A stretch of 64,000 nucleotides of DNA from an uncultured Candidatus Saccharibacteria bacterium (GCA_964342515.1 CAYFFP010000001.1:78204-142203), one strand, 5' to 3'. Shown: positions 9,397 through 17,499, counted from the stretch's first letter. Numbers and translations: made by a program. Notes: a model not told the origin generated them from the letters alone.

Positions 9397-10985
9397 TGGT
9401 AATTACAAAATCAGATTATGTTTTATGGAGGGAATGTCCTCATAACTCTTGGGTAAAAAAGTGGAAGCCTGATCTTTATCACTCATCTCCATTGTCAGAC
9501 TTCGAGAAGCACCTGATTAATTCCGGAAATATGGTCGAGGAGACAGCTCGATTAAGATTTCCAGAGGGGGTGCTTATTAAAAGTAAGGGTGACGAAGCTT
9601 TAAGTAAAACTCAGGAGTTTTTAAAAAGCGATTCCGGTACTATTTTTCAAGCCTCGTTTTCAGATGGGACTCTTTTCGCCGCAGTAGATATTTTAAAACA
9701 CACTGGAAGCAAAGGGATGCAGCTTTATGAGGTTAAGGCTTCTAATTCATCAAAAACAGAATCAGAGGAGGACGAGATTAATAATGATGGAGATGAAGTA
9801 GTTAACAAGCTTGATCCAAAAGCATTAGAAAAGTACAAGAAGGAACTACTTAAGGACCACCATCTCTACGACCTTGCTTTTCAGGTCTACCTAGCCCGTA
9901 AGATTGGTCATAAGGTTACCGGGGCGTACCTTATGAGGTTGAATAAACAATATGTACGCGCTGGAGAGATTGATCTAAACAAACTTTTTGTAATTGAAGA
10001 CGTGCTTTCTTATGTCGACGAGGTACTTCCAAGAGTTAAGGAGGACATACAAATCTTAACCAAAATCCTTACTTCTTCTAGTGAACCAAAAGGGCCTTGT
10101 TGTTGTCTTAATAAAGGCAGATCCAATCATTGCACCACTTTTGCGATCCACAATAAGGATGTTCCATCCTACAGCGTCCATGACCTTACGGCTATTGGAA
10201 GAAGTAAGAAGAAACTAGATGAACTGATTGATTCTGGAATATACGACATTTTAGACATACCTGACGGTTTTGAATTTGGTAAGAAAATCCAAAAGCAAGT
10301 AGAGGTGCATAAGCGAGGCAAGGATTCTATTGATTACGAAACAATAGAGAGTGAACTTAAGACATTGCAATTTCCCCTTTACTTTCTTGACTACGAATCA
10401 TTTAATCCTGCTATACCACGTTTTTCTGGTTACAAACCATATCAACACATGCCTTTTCAGTTTTCAGTACACAGATTAGATAAACCAGATGGCGATCTAA
10501 TACATTCTGAATTTCTTTATACCGGCACAGAAGATCCAAGTCCTCTTTTTGTAGAAGCCTTAAAGAAAGCTATTGGTAAAAGCGGCAATATAATCGTGTG
10601 GTATAAACCTTTTGAAGAATCGCATATAAATAAAAAGATAGCTATTCGTATTCCCGAATGTGCTGATTTTATAAATGATTTAAACTCTCGCATGTTTGAC
10701 CTTATGACTATTTTTTCTAAACAGCTCCATATTCATCCAGATTTCCATGGTAGTGCCTCTATCAAAAAGGTCTTACCAGTTATATGTCCAGAACTTTCTT
10801 ATAAAGAAATGGAGATTGGTAATGGATCGGAAGCAATGAATACCTGGAATAAGTTAGTTATGGAAGAAGTATCAGATAAAGAGCGTCTAGGAGTAGAAAA
10901 GAATATGCTTGAATATTGTGGGCTCGATACATACGCCATGTATAAAATTTGGAAACATCTCATAGAGTTGAATAGCCACATATGA
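9396..10985 (+). CDS. DUF2779-family predicted nuclease (PD-(D/E)xK/Cas4-like N-terminus with Cys cluster, C-terminal exonuclease-like half)
   Basis: Start overlaps the helicase stop (TAATG). N-terminus KSDYVLWRECPHNSW resembles the DUF2779 SKS.F..G.QCPKRLW signature. EVKAS and DLAFQ blocks and a CCCLNKGRSNHC Cys cluster are present. Confidence 0.6.
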   Translation: MVITKSDYVLWRECPHNSWVKKWKPDLYHSSPLSDFEKHLINSGNMVEETARLRFPEGVLIKSKGDEALSKTQEFLKSDSGTIFQASFSDGTLFAAVDILKHTGSKGMQLYEVKASNSSKTESEEDEINNDGDEVVNKLDPKALEKYKKELLKDHHLYDLAFQVYLARKIGHKVTGAYLMRLNKQYVRAGEIDLNKLFVIEDVLSYVDEVLPRVKEDIQILTKILTSSSEPKGPCCCLNKGRSNHCTTFAIHNKDVPSYSVHDLTAIGRSKKKLDELIDSGIYDILDIPDGFEFGKKIQKQVEVHKRGKDSIDYETIESELKTLQFPLYFLDYESFNPAIPRFSGYKPYQHMPFQFSVHRLDKPDGDLIHSEFLYTGTEDPSPLFVEALKKAIGKSGNIIVWYKPFEESHINKKIAIRIPECADFINDLNSRMFDLMTIFSKQLHIHPDFHGSASIKKVLPVICPELSYKEMEIGNGSEAMNTWNKLVMEEVSDKERLGVEKNMLEYCGLDTYAMYKIWKHLIELNSHI

Positions 10986-11815
10986 AATATTTAAAGATAT
11001 TAGGAATATCAGTATCAGTCATCCTTATCCTGCTTGTAGTTATCGGATTCTCTCTAGGTAATCCAGAGTCAAATAAATTTTCTAGCTCGCAGGAAGTAAG
11101 CCAGGACATACCGGATAAGGAGCAAGTTCAGCAAACGGCTGCTGTAGAGACTGCAGAGCTGGATGTACCGGGAAGTCAAGGACCATATCAAGTAATCAAA
11201 GTGGTTGATGGCGATACCATAACGATTGATCTGAACGGCAAAGCGGAAACAATCCGGCTTATTGGCATCAATACTCCAGAAACAGTTGATCCAAGAAAGC
11301 CGGTGGAATGTTTCGGCGTAGAGGCTTCAAACAAGGCCAAAGAACTTTTAACAAACAAGCGCGTGTATATTGAGATGGACCCGACCCAAGGAGAGCGAGA
11401 CAAATACAGTCGCTTGCTTGCATATGTATATCGTGAGGACGGATTCTTCTTTAATAAGTCCATGATCCTTAGTGGCTATGCTTACGAATATACCTACAAC
11501 ATCCCCTATAAATACCAGAGTGAATTTAAGGAAGTACAGAGAAATGCCGAAATCAATCAAAGAGGCTTATGGGCTCCTGGTGTCTGTGAAGAAAAAGAAG
11601 CTACGCCAACACAGCAATCTACGCCGACACCTACACCTACGCAACCAACCCAATCAACTTCCGGATATTCATGCTCGGCAAATACATACAACTGCACAGA
11701 CTTCTCCACTCATGCCGAAGCTCAATCTGTTTATGAAATGTGCGGAGGGATAAATAACGATATTCATAGGCTTGATCAAGATAAAGATGGTGAAGCTTGT
11801 GAATCTTTGCCGTAG
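10982..11815 (+). CDS. Secreted thermonuclease (staphylococcal nuclease/SNase-like) with C-terminal Excalibur Ca-binding domain
   Basis: ATGA start/stop overlap with the upstream gene. N-terminal TM/signal. Block VDGDTITIDLNGKAETIRLIGINTPE...RLLAYVY...QRGLWA matches the SNase fold. C-terminus DQDKDGEACESLP is the Excalibur DxDxDGxxCE motif. A Thr/Pro/Gln linker separates the two. Confidence 0.8.
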   Translation: MKYLKILGISVSVILILLVVIGFSLGNPESNKFSSSQEVSQDIPDKEQVQQTAAVETAELDVPGSQGPYQVIKVVDGDTITIDLNGKAETIRLIGINTPETVDPRKPVECFGVEASNKAKELLTNKRVYIEMDPTQGERDKYSRLLAYVYREDGFFFNKSMILSGYAYEYTYNIPYKYQSEFKEVQRNAEINQRGLWAPGVCEEKEATPTQQSTPTPTPTQPTQSTSGYSCSANTYNCTDFSTHAEAQSVYEMCGGINNDIHRLDQDKDGEACESLP

Positions 11816-11839
11816 GAAATATATTACTATCGTACGAAA

Positions 11840-12190
11840 ATGGACGAAAAAGCAGAAAACAAAAATGATAAGCCGGTTCTATCAAAAGCCAATAAAATTC
11901 TTATATTGACTCTTGCTATATTTTTTCTTGCATTCTCCATATTCAACGTATATTCAGAAATCCGGAAACAATTTATGTGTAGCCAGATGGCGCTTTTTAA
12001 TGCCCAAGTGCCACCCTCCGACATTGATAGTTATATCTTGCGTAAAGAAGCTTTTGAAAACGTATGCCTTGAAAGAACCGGTCTCGGAAGTTACTTTTGG
12101 GCTTTTGCTAGTTTCTGGTTTCTCGGCTATGCCATAACCCTTTTCGCTAAGCATACAGAAAAAGTGCAAGTAGCCGATAAAAAGATTTAG
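11840..12190 (+). CDS. Small hypothetical membrane protein
   Basis: 116-aa ORF with two hydrophobic helices; no motif. Confidence 0.35.
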   Translation: MDEKAENKNDKPVLSKANKILILTLAIFFLAFSIFNVYSEIRKQFMCSQMALFNAQVPPSDIDSYILRKEAFENVCLERTGLGSYFWAFASFWFLGYAITLFAKHTEKVQVADKKI

Positions 12191-12269
12191 CGGAAATTAG
12201 ATGTCCATCAAATTGCCGGTATAAACCTTACAGACGGCCATAACTGCAAAATCCCGCTGAACTCAAGCT

Positions 12270-12278
12270 CCCGTGCTA
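12270..12278 (+). promoter_or_regulatory. -10-like element (TGCTATAAT) upstream of the DUF1508 gene
   Basis: tgctataat lies 8 nt upstream of ATG 12286. Confidence 0.4.
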
Positions 12279-12285
12279 TAATACG

Positions 12286-12486
12286 GTGATGGCAGGAAAA
12301 AATAGAATCGAAATAAATAGAGCGAAAAACAAGCAACTTTTTCTTACAATCAAGAGTGCTAATAATAAGAAGATTCTTCACAGCGAGACATATAAGTCCA
12401 GACAGGGAGTAGAAACTGCTGTGAAAGCCGCGAAAAAGATCATCAAGAACCCTAAGATAGTAGATAATACTAGAGGTAAGAAGTAG
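12286..12486 (+). CDS. DUF1508 (YegP-like) family small protein
   Basis: 66 aa. FLTIKSANNKKILHSETYKSRQGVETAVKAAKK matches the DUF1508 repeat signature (f.L.A.NG..i..SE.Y.s...a..gI.sVk). Confidence 0.5.
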   Translation: MMAGKNRIEINRAKNKQLFLTIKSANNKKILHSETYKSRQGVETAVKAAKKIIKNPKIVDNTRGKK

Positions 12487-12581
12487 TTTACTGGTATATA
12501 TAAATGGTTAATTCAGCGAATTTCTTAACCTTTATTTTGCTTTGTTCGTGTAATTTTGTTATCTTTGTTTTGATAGAAGAA

Positions 12582-12654
12582 GGGCCCTTAGCTTAGTTGG
12601 TAGAGCGCCGCATTTGCAATGCGGAGGTCGGGAGTTCGAATCTCCCAGGGTCCA
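12582..12654 (+). tRNA. tRNA-Ala(TGC)
   Basis: Acceptor GGGCCCT/AGGGTCC with G3:U70. D-arm GCTT-AGTTGGTAG-AGCG. Anticodon arm CCGCA-TTTGCAA-TGCGG. T-arm GGGAG-TTCGAAT-CTCCC. Discriminator A, then CC. Confidence 0.85.
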
Positions 12655-12661
12655 CCGTTTT

Positions 12662-13105
12662 ATGGAAAGAGAAAAATGGCATGTAGAAAAGTTACCTGCT
12701 GGGTATCCTACTCAATGTAGTAATGAAGATCTTAGTAATGCCTTGCAAGACTTAATAGACGAGTATCGCCAAAAAAAACTTGGCGGTAAGAATAATAAAA
12801 TATGGGAAGATATAATCTCTCAACTCATTAAGCAAGGTCGTGATGAAATGTCTAGTAGAATAGAGAAACACGGTCCAATCACTATAACCTATGCTGGCGG
12901 AGAAGGCGGTAAGGGAGGGCTTTGGAGCGGTGGAGGTGGTGGTGGAGGTGCAGGACCTGGTGGTGGCAGAGGTGGAGATGGGGGTTCAGTTGTCGTAATG
13001 CCACCAAAAACATCTGGGGTATGGAAATGGATTTTTGATCACGTTTTTCAGATTATTGTGGCAGTAATCGTAGCGGCTATAGTTTACTGGCTTGGCTGGA
13101 GTTAA
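12662..13105 (+). CDS. Hypothetical Gly-rich protein with C-terminal TM helix
   Basis: ORF 12614..13105 trimmed to the first ATG downstream of the tRNA. It contains a GGEGGKGGLWSGGGGGGGAGPGGGRGGDGG low-complexity tract. Confidence 0.35.
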   Translation: MEREKWHVEKLPAGYPTQCSNEDLSNALQDLIDEYRQKKLGGKNNKIWEDIISQLIKQGRDEMSSRIEKHGPITITYAGGEGGKGGLWSGGGGGGGAGPGGGRGGDGGSVVVMPPKTSGVWKWIFDHVFQIIVAVIVAAIVYWLGWS

Positions 13106-13138
13106 GTTATTTCTAAGTTTTATATACTATATCCACAA

Positions 13139-13327
13139 ATGAAACCGCAACATTTTGACATCCTTGGTTCATTGGCTTTTGCTTACATTACAGGGTTTGC
13201 TCTGTATGCATTGCTGAACAACGGAAACGCTCCGATGTGGAGTATCGTACTCCTTATATTTGTCGGAATCGGAGGATTAGTTGTTGACCTTGTTATCGTT
13301 TTTTTATATTTCATTCGAAAGAAGTAA
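13139..13327 (+). CDS. Small hypothetical membrane protein
   Basis: 62 aa with two TM helices. Confidence 0.3.
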   Translation: MKPQHFDILGSLAFAYITGFALYALLNNGNAPMWSIVLLIFVGIGGLVVDLVIVFLYFIRKK

Positions 13328-13423
13328 ATCCTTTGATCTTGCTAATTCTACTAACTGCCTAACTTCTTGTACGATCTGGTTCCAGTCAAATATACTTAGG
13401 TTCACCACAAAATCAGTAGATGG

Positions 13424-14323
13424 CTAAATAACCAAGTCATTCAGTGGGTGTTTGTTCATTTGCAACCTCAAATGCTCTGCGCTGGCAGAAAGGTAAATTG
13501 TGGTTGTCTTGATGTCACTGTGTCCCATTAGTCTAGAGAGGGAGAATATATCACAGCCACCAGTTAGCATTAATGTAGCATAAGTATGCCTTAGCTTATG
13601 AATTGTAAAATTGATTTTGGAAGTTTCTTTTATTTTTCTTACTAGATTTCTGAGTCCCATGTCTGTAAATCCACAATTCCGGTTGAGCGATGCAAAAAAT
13701 TCTGGACAAGTCTTATTGAGTCGTTTTCGCTCGTCCAAATAGCGTTTTAGGCTCTGGGCCAACGCGCTACACATTGGTATTATTCGATCCTTGCCACCTT
13801 TGCCTTGGTTGACGAATATGCTCAGATTTTCCACGTCTACATCGGTGTATTTCAATTTCAAAAGCTCTTTCTTTCGCAAGCCGGAGAAAAGGAAGGTTGA
13901 AAATATGGCGTGATTTCTATATCTCAAAAATTTGTAGTCGTAGGGGTAGTTATAAACAACCTCAACGAGCTTGAGAGCATCTTGTTTGGTTAGGCAGGAT
14001 GGCAGACGTTTTTCCACCTTGGGTATTTCCAGATCATCAGCTGGATTCTTTGTCAGATATTTTTCACTCACGCACCACTTAAAAAATACCGTCAGAGAAT
14101 GGTAGAAACAAATAAATGAGTTAGGTTTCCAGTTGCGTTTGGTCCTGCCGTTGAAAAAGAATTGTCGGACATTTTCTTCCGTCACTTGTTCTATTTCCGA
14201 AACTTCTGCCAACCTCGAGTACAAGTTGATCGCTTGTCTATATCGTCGAATCGTTGCTGGTCTGTAGCCACGCATATACAACGAATAATCGTAAAACTTC
14301 TGAGCCAATATTTGTATATTCAT
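13424..14323 (-). CDS. Tyrosine site-specific recombinase/integrase (phage-integrase family)
   Basis: C-terminal block HKLRHTYATLMLTGGCDIFSLSRLMGHSDIKTTTIYL carries the His/Arg/Tyr catalytic motifs. It lies adjacent to tRNA-Ala genes and a truncated tRNA copy. Confidence 0.85.
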   Translation of the reverse strand: MNIQILAQKFYDYSLYMRGYRPATIRRYRQAINLYSRLAEVSEIEQVTEENVRQFFFNGRTKRNWKPNSFICFYHSLTVFFKWCVSEKYLTKNPADDLEIPKVEKRLPSCLTKQDALKLVEVVYNYPYDYKFLRYRNHAIFSTFLFSGLRKKELLKLKYTDVDVENLSIFVNQGKGGKDRIIPMCSALAQSLKRYLDERKRLNKTCPEFFASLNRNCGFTDMGLRNLVRKIKETSKINFTIHKLRHTYATLMLTGGCDIFSLSRLMGHSDIKTTTIYLSASAEHLRLQMNKHPLNDLVI

Positions 14324-14498
14324 AATAATAACAACCTATCGCTGTTATTATTTCAAGAGAACCATTGGTGAAAACTGAATCAAAAACGGTATAAGTTTGA
14401 TGAGCCGATGACCTGTTTAGTGAATGAATAGGTCATCTAACCCCTTTAAAAACAATTTTATCCTTATTTAGAGAGATATTTGATCAATGGAGGGTAGA

Positions 14499-14543
14499 CC
14501 TATTTATTGCAAATGAGGCGCTCTACCGACTAAGCTACGGGCC
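14499..14543 (-). pseudogene. Truncated 5' portion (through anticodon loop) of a tRNA-Ala(TGC) copy, inverted relative to the intact gene; likely att-site or rearrangement remnant
   Basis: The minus strand reads GGGCCCGTAGCTTAGTCGGTAGAGCGCCTCATTTGCAAT and then diverges (AAATAGG...). It is about 36/39 identical to 12582-12620 of the intact tRNA. No T-arm or 3' acceptor follows. Confidence 0.5.
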
Positions 14544-14630
14544 CGGGAGCAAAATCTTCAATTTTCAATTTTGCAATTTTCAAATAATACTCGACAAAAT
14601 GGCTAAAATCAAGCAAAATATCGGTCCAAA

Positions 14631-14701
14631 GGGCCTATGGTATAGTAGTAACACGCGTCCATGGCATGGACGAGTCGGGGGTGCGATTCCCCCTAGGTCC
14701 A
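14631..14701 (+). tRNA. tRNA-Ala(GGC), non-canonical T-loop (TGCGATT)
   Basis: Acceptor GGGCCTA/TAGGTCC with G3:U70. Anticodon arm CGTCC-ATGGCAT-GGACG gives anticodon GGC. T-arm GGGGG-TGCGATT-CCCCC. Confidence 0.65.
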
Positions 14702-14711
14702 CACGCGTCTT

Positions 14712-14785
14712 GGGCCTATAGTTTAGTAGCAGAACACGGCATTCGCATTGCCGAGACTCGAGTGCGATTCTCGATAGGTCCACCA
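14712..14785 (+). tRNA. tRNA-Ala(CGC) with encoded CCA
   Basis: Acceptor GGGCCTA/TAGGTCC. Anticodon arm CGGCA-TTCGCAT-TGCCG. T-arm TCGAG-TGCGATT-CTCGA. A-CCA is followed immediately by ATG of the next gene. Confidence 0.65.
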
Positions 14786-15474
14786 TGACAAAATTTGATT
14801 ACAAAAAGGTGCTTCTGCCGCTCTCGGTTCTGGGAATTTTTTTCGTCATCTATCTGACGTGGCGATTCTTCGGCCTGCCGCCGGAGGAAGAGCTTCTGCG
14901 CATAGCGGGGGAGTATTTCGACCGGTACGGACTCTGGATCTTGCTCTTAAGCTCCGTTATCGAGGGCACGGTGCTTGTCGGGTGGTATTACCCCGGCTCG
15001 CTGGTAATTTTTCTCGGCGTGATTCTTGCCGGATCGGAGATACCGCGGGTAGTTGAAGCGGTGGGGACGATAAGCGTCGGACTCTATGCGGCTTACATCA
15101 TCAATTTTTTCTTAGGCAAGTACGGATGGTATAAACTGCTTCTTAAGTTCGGATTAAGAGACGCGCTAGATGACGCCAAAGAGCGGGTGCATAAGCACGG
15201 TCTTACGGCAATCTTTATAAGCTACTGGCAGCCGAACCTCGCGGCGCTTGTGGCCACCTCGGCCGGTATTCTCGATTTTTCTTTTAAAAAATTCGCGCTC
15301 TACTCCGCCGCGGCGGTTATCGTCTGGAACACGTTCTGGGGTGTATTGGTTTACTTTATCGGCGAGAGAGCGCTTTCTCTCATTGGTCTGCGTTTCGTGC
15401 TTCTCGTTATCTTTGTCTGGATTATCTACCGCATGTATAAGCAACAGAAAGACATTGATGTCCCAACCGCTTGA
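14785..15474 (+). CDS. DedA/VTT-domain family membrane protein
   Basis: Multi-TM protein. LVGWYYPGSLVIFLGVILAG and SYWQPNLAALVATSAGIL are consistent with the DedA/SNARE-associated family. Confidence 0.55.
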   Translation: MTKFDYKKVLLPLSVLGIFFVIYLTWRFFGLPPEEELLRIAGEYFDRYGLWILLLSSVIEGTVLVGWYYPGSLVIFLGVILAGSEIPRVVEAVGTISVGLYAAYIINFFLGKYGWYKLLLKFGLRDALDDAKERVHKHGLTAIFISYWQPNLAALVATSAGILDFSFKKFALYSAAAVIVWNTFWGVLVYFIGERALSLIGLRFVLLVIFVWIIYRMYKQQKDIDVPTA

Positions 15475-15531
15475 GTTGCTATTTTCCGCATATATGATAT
15501 GTGTTAGATATAGCCAAATAATCAATATCAC

Positions 15532-15690
15532 ATGGATGAACAAGTAATCGGGTATTGCGTCAAGTGCAAAGAGAAGCGGGAAATGAAGAACGTAGAGAAA
15601 GTAGAAATCAAACCCGGCCGGCCGGCGGCCAAGGGCGTCTGCACGGTTTGTGGCACCGGCATGTACAAGATTCTCCCGTCCAAGAAGTAA
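15532..15690 (+). CDS. Small zinc-ribbon protein (CxxC...CxxC), DUF5679-like
   Basis: MDEQVIGYCVKCKEKREMKNVEKVEIKPGRPAAKGVCTVCGTGMYKILPSKK. Too short for the ORF track; found by hand. Confidence 0.45.
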   Translation: MDEQVIGYCVKCKEKREMKNVEKVEIKPGRPAAKGVCTVCGTGMYKILPSKK

Positions 15691-15702
15691 CAGAGAAATA
15701 AA

Positions 15703-16521
15703 TTGAAGCTGACAGTTTCCCTGATTGTTTTAATAGCGGTTTTTTCTGTCTGGAATTCCTTCAGAGCGGGAAGCTCTCCCGCGCCGTGCGCCGAGCCGAT
15801 CGCGTACGGCGTCGGAGAGTTCGACCGCCGTTTCGACTTGTCGCAGAAAGATTTTCTAGCGGCGCTCGCCGAAGCAGAAATAATTTGGGAGAAGCCAATA
15901 AACAAAGATTTGTTCTCCTATTCTCCAGAAAAAGGCGAACTTGCGATTAATCTCATTTATGATTACCGCCAACAAGTGACGGAAGAGCTGGGAGAAATAC
16001 AGGGCGAGGTGAAGGAAGATGAAGTCACTTACAGGATACTCGAAGCGAATTACCTTGGGGCCAAAGCCAGACACGACGAGCTGAAAGGTATTTATCAGGC
16101 CCGGGTTTCGGAGTTAGAGGCCAGACAACCGATTCCCCGCGAAGAATATCAACAACTGAAAATACTTGAATCGGAGTTTAACGCGGCGGTGCGCGACGTC
16201 AACGTTCTGGTTGATAAGCTTAACAGATTAGCGAGAGTGCTCAATCTTACGGTTGAGCAATACAACACTATCGGCGCTTCCCGCGGAGAAACTTTCGCCG
16301 GCGGGCTCTACACCAGCGATGCCAGCGGCGAACGGATTGATATATTTGAATTTTCCAATCACGACAAACTGGTAAGAGTGCTCGCCCACGAACTAGGACA
16401 CACGCTCGGTCTAGACCATGTCGATGACCCGCAAGCCATCATGTATAAGCTCAACGAAGGGGAGGTGGCTAAGGCCAATGTTACCGACATTTTCGCGCTC
16501 AAGGCGCTTTGCGGTATTTAA
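15703..16521 (+). CDS. Matrixin-like zinc metalloprotease (secreted)
   Basis: Signal/TM N-terminus. VLAHELGHTLGLDHVDDPQAIMY is the HExxHxxGxxH plus Met-turn signature of metzincins/matrixins. Confidence 0.75.
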   Translation: MKLTVSLIVLIAVFSVWNSFRAGSSPAPCAEPIAYGVGEFDRRFDLSQKDFLAALAEAEIIWEKPINKDLFSYSPEKGELAINLIYDYRQQVTEELGEIQGEVKEDEVTYRILEANYLGAKARHDELKGIYQARVSELEARQPIPREEYQQLKILESEFNAAVRDVNVLVDKLNRLARVLNLTVEQYNTIGASRGETFAGGLYTSDASGERIDIFEFSNHDKLVRVLAHELGHTLGLDHVDDPQAIMYKLNEGEVAKANVTDIFALKALCGI

Positions 16522-16588
16522 TTTTTATCGGCTAATTCGCACGAATAAGAGAATAGATCCAACGGCTCAATCGGTTGAGCCGTTGGAT
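16520..16588 (+). repeat. Copy A of 69-nt dispersed repeat (palindrome ATTCGCACGAAT + hairpin AACGGCTCAA-CGGTTGAGCCGTT)
   Basis: aatttttatcggctaattcgcacgaataagagaata...aacggctcaatcggttgagccgttggat is nearly identical to 17115-17183. Core copies also occur at 52806-52835 and 53131-53151. Confidence 0.8.
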
Positions 16589-16727
16589 TGAGATAGCAAA
16601 ACACCAGCTTTCGCTGGTGTTTTGCTTCCTAAGTGCTTGCGGGCTCCAATACCAGCACTAGGCTCGGTATGTGTATAGAGTATCATAGGTAGCTATTTCT
16701 TACAAGTGTCTTGTGGATATCTTTTAA

Positions 16728-16794
16728 GCCCGCAGAGGGATTCGAACCCTCGGCACTTAGGTTACCGAGCCTAGTGCCAGACCGACTTGCGGGC
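16728..16794 (-). other. tRNA-like remnant (good acceptor and T-arm, defective D/anticodon arms)
   Basis: The minus strand gives GCCCGCA...GAGGG-TTCGAAT-CCCTC-TGCGGGC, a perfect acceptor and T-arm in 67 nt. No canonical D-stem, and only a 4-bp stem with an 8-nt loop for the anticodon arm. Confidence 0.25.
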
Positions 16795-16871
16795 CGGTAT
16801 AATTCTAGCACCTGTTTGCAATTAACCCTGATTTAAGTAAACTCGTTTCAGAACAAGATTGGAGGTTTCCG

Positions 16872-17063
16872 ATGGGTTGCGAATACCTGCTCGTCTATGG
16901 TGAAGGGCTCTCGCGAGACCGGAACCATTTCCAGTTCCACGCTGCAACTCTTGGAGATGCCGAGAAAAACGCTGAAGAAGTCATCAGGATACGGAAGCAG
17001 CAAGCGCGCAAACCAGAAAGGTTCAGCGCCACCCTTTATCGTCAAATGAAAGAATGGCGATAA
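16872..17063 (+). CDS. Small hypothetical protein
   Basis: 63 aa, preceded by TATAAT (16797-16803) and GGAGG RBS. Lies between repeat copies A and B. Confidence 0.3.
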   Translation: MGCEYLLVYGEGLSRDRNHFQFHAATLGDAEKNAEEVIRIRKQQARKPERFSATLYRQMKEWR

Positions 17064-17114
17064 ACAAACCGCCCGCCAGAGGAAGCCGTCGCGCTTTCCA
17101 AGCGAGGCGGTTTC

Positions 17115-17183
17115 AATTTTTATCGGCTAATTCGCACGAATAAGAGAATAGGTTTAACGGCTCAACCGGTTGAGCCGTTGGAT
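17115..17183 (+). repeat. Copy B of 69-nt dispersed repeat
   Basis: See copy A; about 63/69 identical. Confidence 0.8.
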
Positions 17184-17265
17184 ACACTTATATTTGCGAC
17201 CGTAAGAATATGTGTATAAAATTTTCAGCTAGCACCTAGTCGCTAGAACTTGTATACTATTTTTC

Positions 17266-17499
17266 ATGGGAATCAAAGATTTTTTCCTCAAGCAGATGCT
17301 TAAGCATAAGCTCAAAGACGTGCCGGAAGCGCAGCGCGAGATGCTTATGGAGGTGATGGAGAAGCATCCGGAATTCTTCAAAAAAATCGGAGAAGAAGTG
17401 CAAAAGCTTACCAAAGCCGGTCAGAGTGAGATGTCCGCGACGCTAATGGTAATGAGGAAGCATCAAGCGGAATTACAGAAGATAATGCAGGAGAGATGA
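17266..17499 (+). CDS. Hypothetical small helical protein
   Basis: 77 aa, preceded by TATACT (-10-like). Overlaps the start of the next gene (ATGA). Confidence 0.4.
   Translation: MGIKDFFLKQMLKHKLKDVPEAQREMLMEVMEKHPEFFKKIGEEVQKLTKAGQSEMSATLMVMRKHQAELQKIMQER

Noticed and set aside
12614-12661. 5' extension of ORF 12614..13105
   Set aside because: The first 40 nt overlap the 3' end of tRNA-Ala(TGC), and the translated text (MQCGGREFESP...) is the tRNA read as protein. The start was moved to the ATG at 12662.
14580-14786. ORF-track CDS on minus strand (68 aa)
   Set aside because: It lies entirely over the tRNA-Ala(GGC) and tRNA-Ala(CGC) genes; spurious.
15248-15547. 99-aa plus ORF and 15166..15543 minus ORF
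   Set aside because: They overlap the DedA-family gene end or the intergenic region. The real small gene here is the hand-found zinc-ribbon CDS at 15532-15690.
16594-16860. tmRNA hypothesis for the tRNA-like element at 16728-16794
   Set aside because: Acceptor and T-arm are only 67 nt apart with no intervening about 300-nt mRNA-like domain or tag-peptide reading frame. It is more consistent with a degenerate tRNA remnant.
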